A stretch of 33,205 bases of DNA from assembly GCA_000708835.1 (NCBI GenBank), contig DF237732.1, forward strand, positions 1 to 33,205, read 5' to 3'. The number at the start of each line of letters is the position of its first letter. Position 1 is the stretch's first letter. The stretch is from Klebsormidium nitens. Lineage: Eukaryota; Plantae; Klebsormidiophyceae. A program made the translations under genes and the position numbers. The notes below the pieces were generated by a model. It saw only the letters and a list, made by a program, of their open reading frames with translations, was not told the origin of the DNA and ran no database searches. Positions 30,855 through 33,205 of the stretch are shown here, piece after piece.

Positions 30855-33205
30855 TTAAATCATCAGGTAAGTCGTTGAGATCGGGTAAGGGCTTTCCTCG
30901 TATCTGCTAAGGTAATCAAAAAAGGTCTGATCAATTTGTCGATAATTGTTGCGACATCTGGGTGGCAAACGGTCCTCCGTTCTGCCAAGTAGGTATGCCA
31001 TTTGAAGTGTATGAGAAGCATTTACGATGTCTGAAAACTCCGTAGGAAATCCGACAAACAGTTCAGCTCTCAAAGTGTAGGCGAAGTCCTGGCGTGTCTC
31101 AGAAAAAGCGTCGCAGTCTAGCAAGTAATGGGCCTCGTCTTCAAGAACTCTTGCCCTGCATAATTGGCACTTCTTTGCTTCTGCAGAGCCAACGCCGTGA
31201 TGGATACGACTACGGAGGCCAAACGAGCGGGACCTTAGGTAAAACTTTAAGGTTGTCGAACGTCGATCATGTTCAAATATGTAAGCCTCTCTGCCATAGG
31301 TACGTTTGATAAGTCTGTAGTGCTCACCGGAATTTGTGCGACTCAGATTCGTAAGCCAGGAAGCCCGATCGTGTTGAGAGACAGCAGCGCGGACTAACTT
31401 CTTCCACTGGGCTTTTGTAGGAGAACCTGCATAAGCGACGTCGTTCAGATGCGGAATTTGAAGTGTTGCAAAAAGTTTGGAGACCTCCGAGTGCCAAGAC
31501 TTGTCATCGATCCATGTTTTCTGAGCAAGTTGGCACTTATTTTGAAACTCAGACTTGCTGGTCAGAAATACTGTTTTGAGAAGACGGTTGTCGTTAAGCC
31601 TGCACAAATGGCCAAAAAAGTTTAGCTTTGCCTCTGCAATGTGTGAGAAAACTGACAACCAGCCAAGGTCGCCCAGAAGGGCTTTAGAAATGACCGAAGC
31701 ATTGCCTTGCTTGCCAAAAACACGCCTTGCAGCTTGCGCCTGGGCGCTTTCAAAGTTCTCAAGAAGTTTTTTGGTCCGAATGGACCAGACTTCAGCCCCG
31801 TAAAGGAGTTTAGGCCGAGAAAAAAGCGCCCAAAGAGCAGCAGATTCCCCCACTTGAAGCCCAGAATCACCGTAGCCAATCTGATACAACTGCTTGTAAG
31901 CTTTATTCGACTTTTCAAGGTTTACTGACAACATTTTTTTCCAGTGCATCTTCTTTTCAAAGTAAAGGCCTAAGTACTTATAAGACGCCACTTCTTTAAT
32001 GGTTTCGTTGCCAATGCTCCAGAGACGATTGTGCCAGCCTCACGAAATTCGCATGATACAATCTCAGTCTTTTTTCCACTAACAGTAAAGCGCCATTTTT
32101 TGAAAAACGCCGTTGCTTCGTGCATCATTGCACGCATCTGAGTTTCGCTCTCAGCAATGAGAACAATGTCGTCTGCGTACAACAGACACGCAATTAAAGT
32201 GCCTCCAATTGCTACGCCAAAGCCTTTTTCCTTCAAGTGGGTTGCCAAGGGGGAAATCAAAAGCGAGAAAAGAAATGGAGAAAGTACAGACCCTTGCCGA
32301 GTTCCAAGATTGGATGTAAGCCAGTCCGTAAGTCCAAAAGGTGTTTGAATTGCAGACTGGCAGGATTGGTACATTGCCCGAATGATGCGATACATTTTCC
32401 CTTTGATTCCACACTCTAAAAGACGGAACCACATTCCATCATGCCAGGCACTAGGGAAAGCATTAGTAAGGTCGACAAAGCTAAGTATCGACTTCAGGTT
32501 CTTTGCTGTCCGGCCGTCTGTAACTTCACGAAGTATGTATGTTTGATCCCTAGTAGCACGGTCTGGACGAAAGCCAGCTTGTTCTTCACAAATCACGCCG
32601 GTGGATTCGCAGTGCTCAGTAAGTCTATTGAGTTTGATGCGTTCATAAAGTTTTTCAACGCAAGAGGTCAGAGATATGGGGCAATAAGCCTTGGCATCTA
32701 AGGGATCTGCTCCGTTTTCTTTGAAGATCAGGTGGATTGCTGAGCTGCGCCAAATTGTTGGGACTACTGCATGGTCCCAGATGGAATTGAAAAGTGCTTG
32801 CAGGGCACTTACCAAAACTACGCCCCCAGCCTTCAGCGCCTCGTTGAAGACGGTGTCCAACCCAACGGCTTTGTTGTTCTGCAAAAGACCAAGCGCTGTT
32901 TCGATTTCCTCTGCTGATACATTGCGTTCACAGAAGTTAGGCCCGCTCTCCGTAGGTGAGGTAGATTCAACTACTTGTTGAACCGCTTTAAGGTGTTCGA
33001 CGTTAAAACGCTGGTCGTCAGGATCATGACGACCCATCGATGAATGCAGGTCGAAAAGGATCTGTTTGATTTCGTTGGGGTTGCAGGTTACGTCTGATGA
33101 CTCCGAACTGGGATCGACTCTCAAGTTTAGCAGAGTTGATGGGTTTTTGCCGCGTTTGCGAAGCTTGACTGTGACGGTTGGACAGGGTCACACGCTGCCT
33201 GTCTA
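30855..33205 (-). pseudogene. Non-LTR retrotransposon ORF2: reverse transcriptase plus C-terminal zinc finger (RTE/RTEX-like)
   Basis: KAVGLD, YCPISL, EEQAGFRP, FVDLTNAF, GTRQGSVLSP, LLYADD (32179-32168); frameshift at ~32030; then SYKYLG, PKLLYGAEVW and CQLC...EDEAHYLLDC. In-frame TGA near 33189. Confidence 0.92.

Larger units (their letters stand above)
29306..33205 (-). mobile_element. RTEX-like non-LTR retrotransposon region (5' part outside the window; 3' end not identified)
   Basis: RT ORF2 with C-terminal zinc finger followed by a co-oriented ORF1-like gene. No poly(A) or microsatellite tail seen after either ORF. Confidence 0.7.

Noticed and set aside
1-33205. CRISPR arrays, tRNA or rRNA genes, prokaryotic operons
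   Set aside because: None seen: no regularly spaced repeat-spacer units or RNA-gene signatures, and the window is spliceosomal-intron-containing eukaryotic DNA.

Overview
Eukaryotic, intron-rich window dense in transposons and gene fragments. The splice signals and codon style suggest a green alga or streptophyte; the organism is an inference. From left to right: (1) The 3' end of a host gene (+) whose intron holds an ~870-bp hairpin-rich module bounded by a 17-bp inverted repeat. (2) A multi-exon tyrosine-recombinase (YR) gene (-) with all catalytic residues intact and a long low-complexity N-terminal extension. (3) A 3.9-kb 5'-truncated LINE (+) with a 13-bp TSD and poly(A), whose ORF2 carries RT thumb, RNase H, zinc finger and an unexpected C-terminal OTU cysteine-protease domain; it is inserted antisense into an exon. 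(4) A Plavaka-like transposase terminal exon and a possible PPR remnant. (5) An apparently intact 5-exon, 857-codon orphan gene (-) joined to a decayed 4-exon 5' fragment of CPSF73. (6) An RTEX-like LINE ORF2 (-) followed 21 nt later by an ORF1/Gag-like gene behind a splice acceptor, the reverse of the normal LINE gene order. All gene models and family calls come from manual reading and motif recall; no searches were run.
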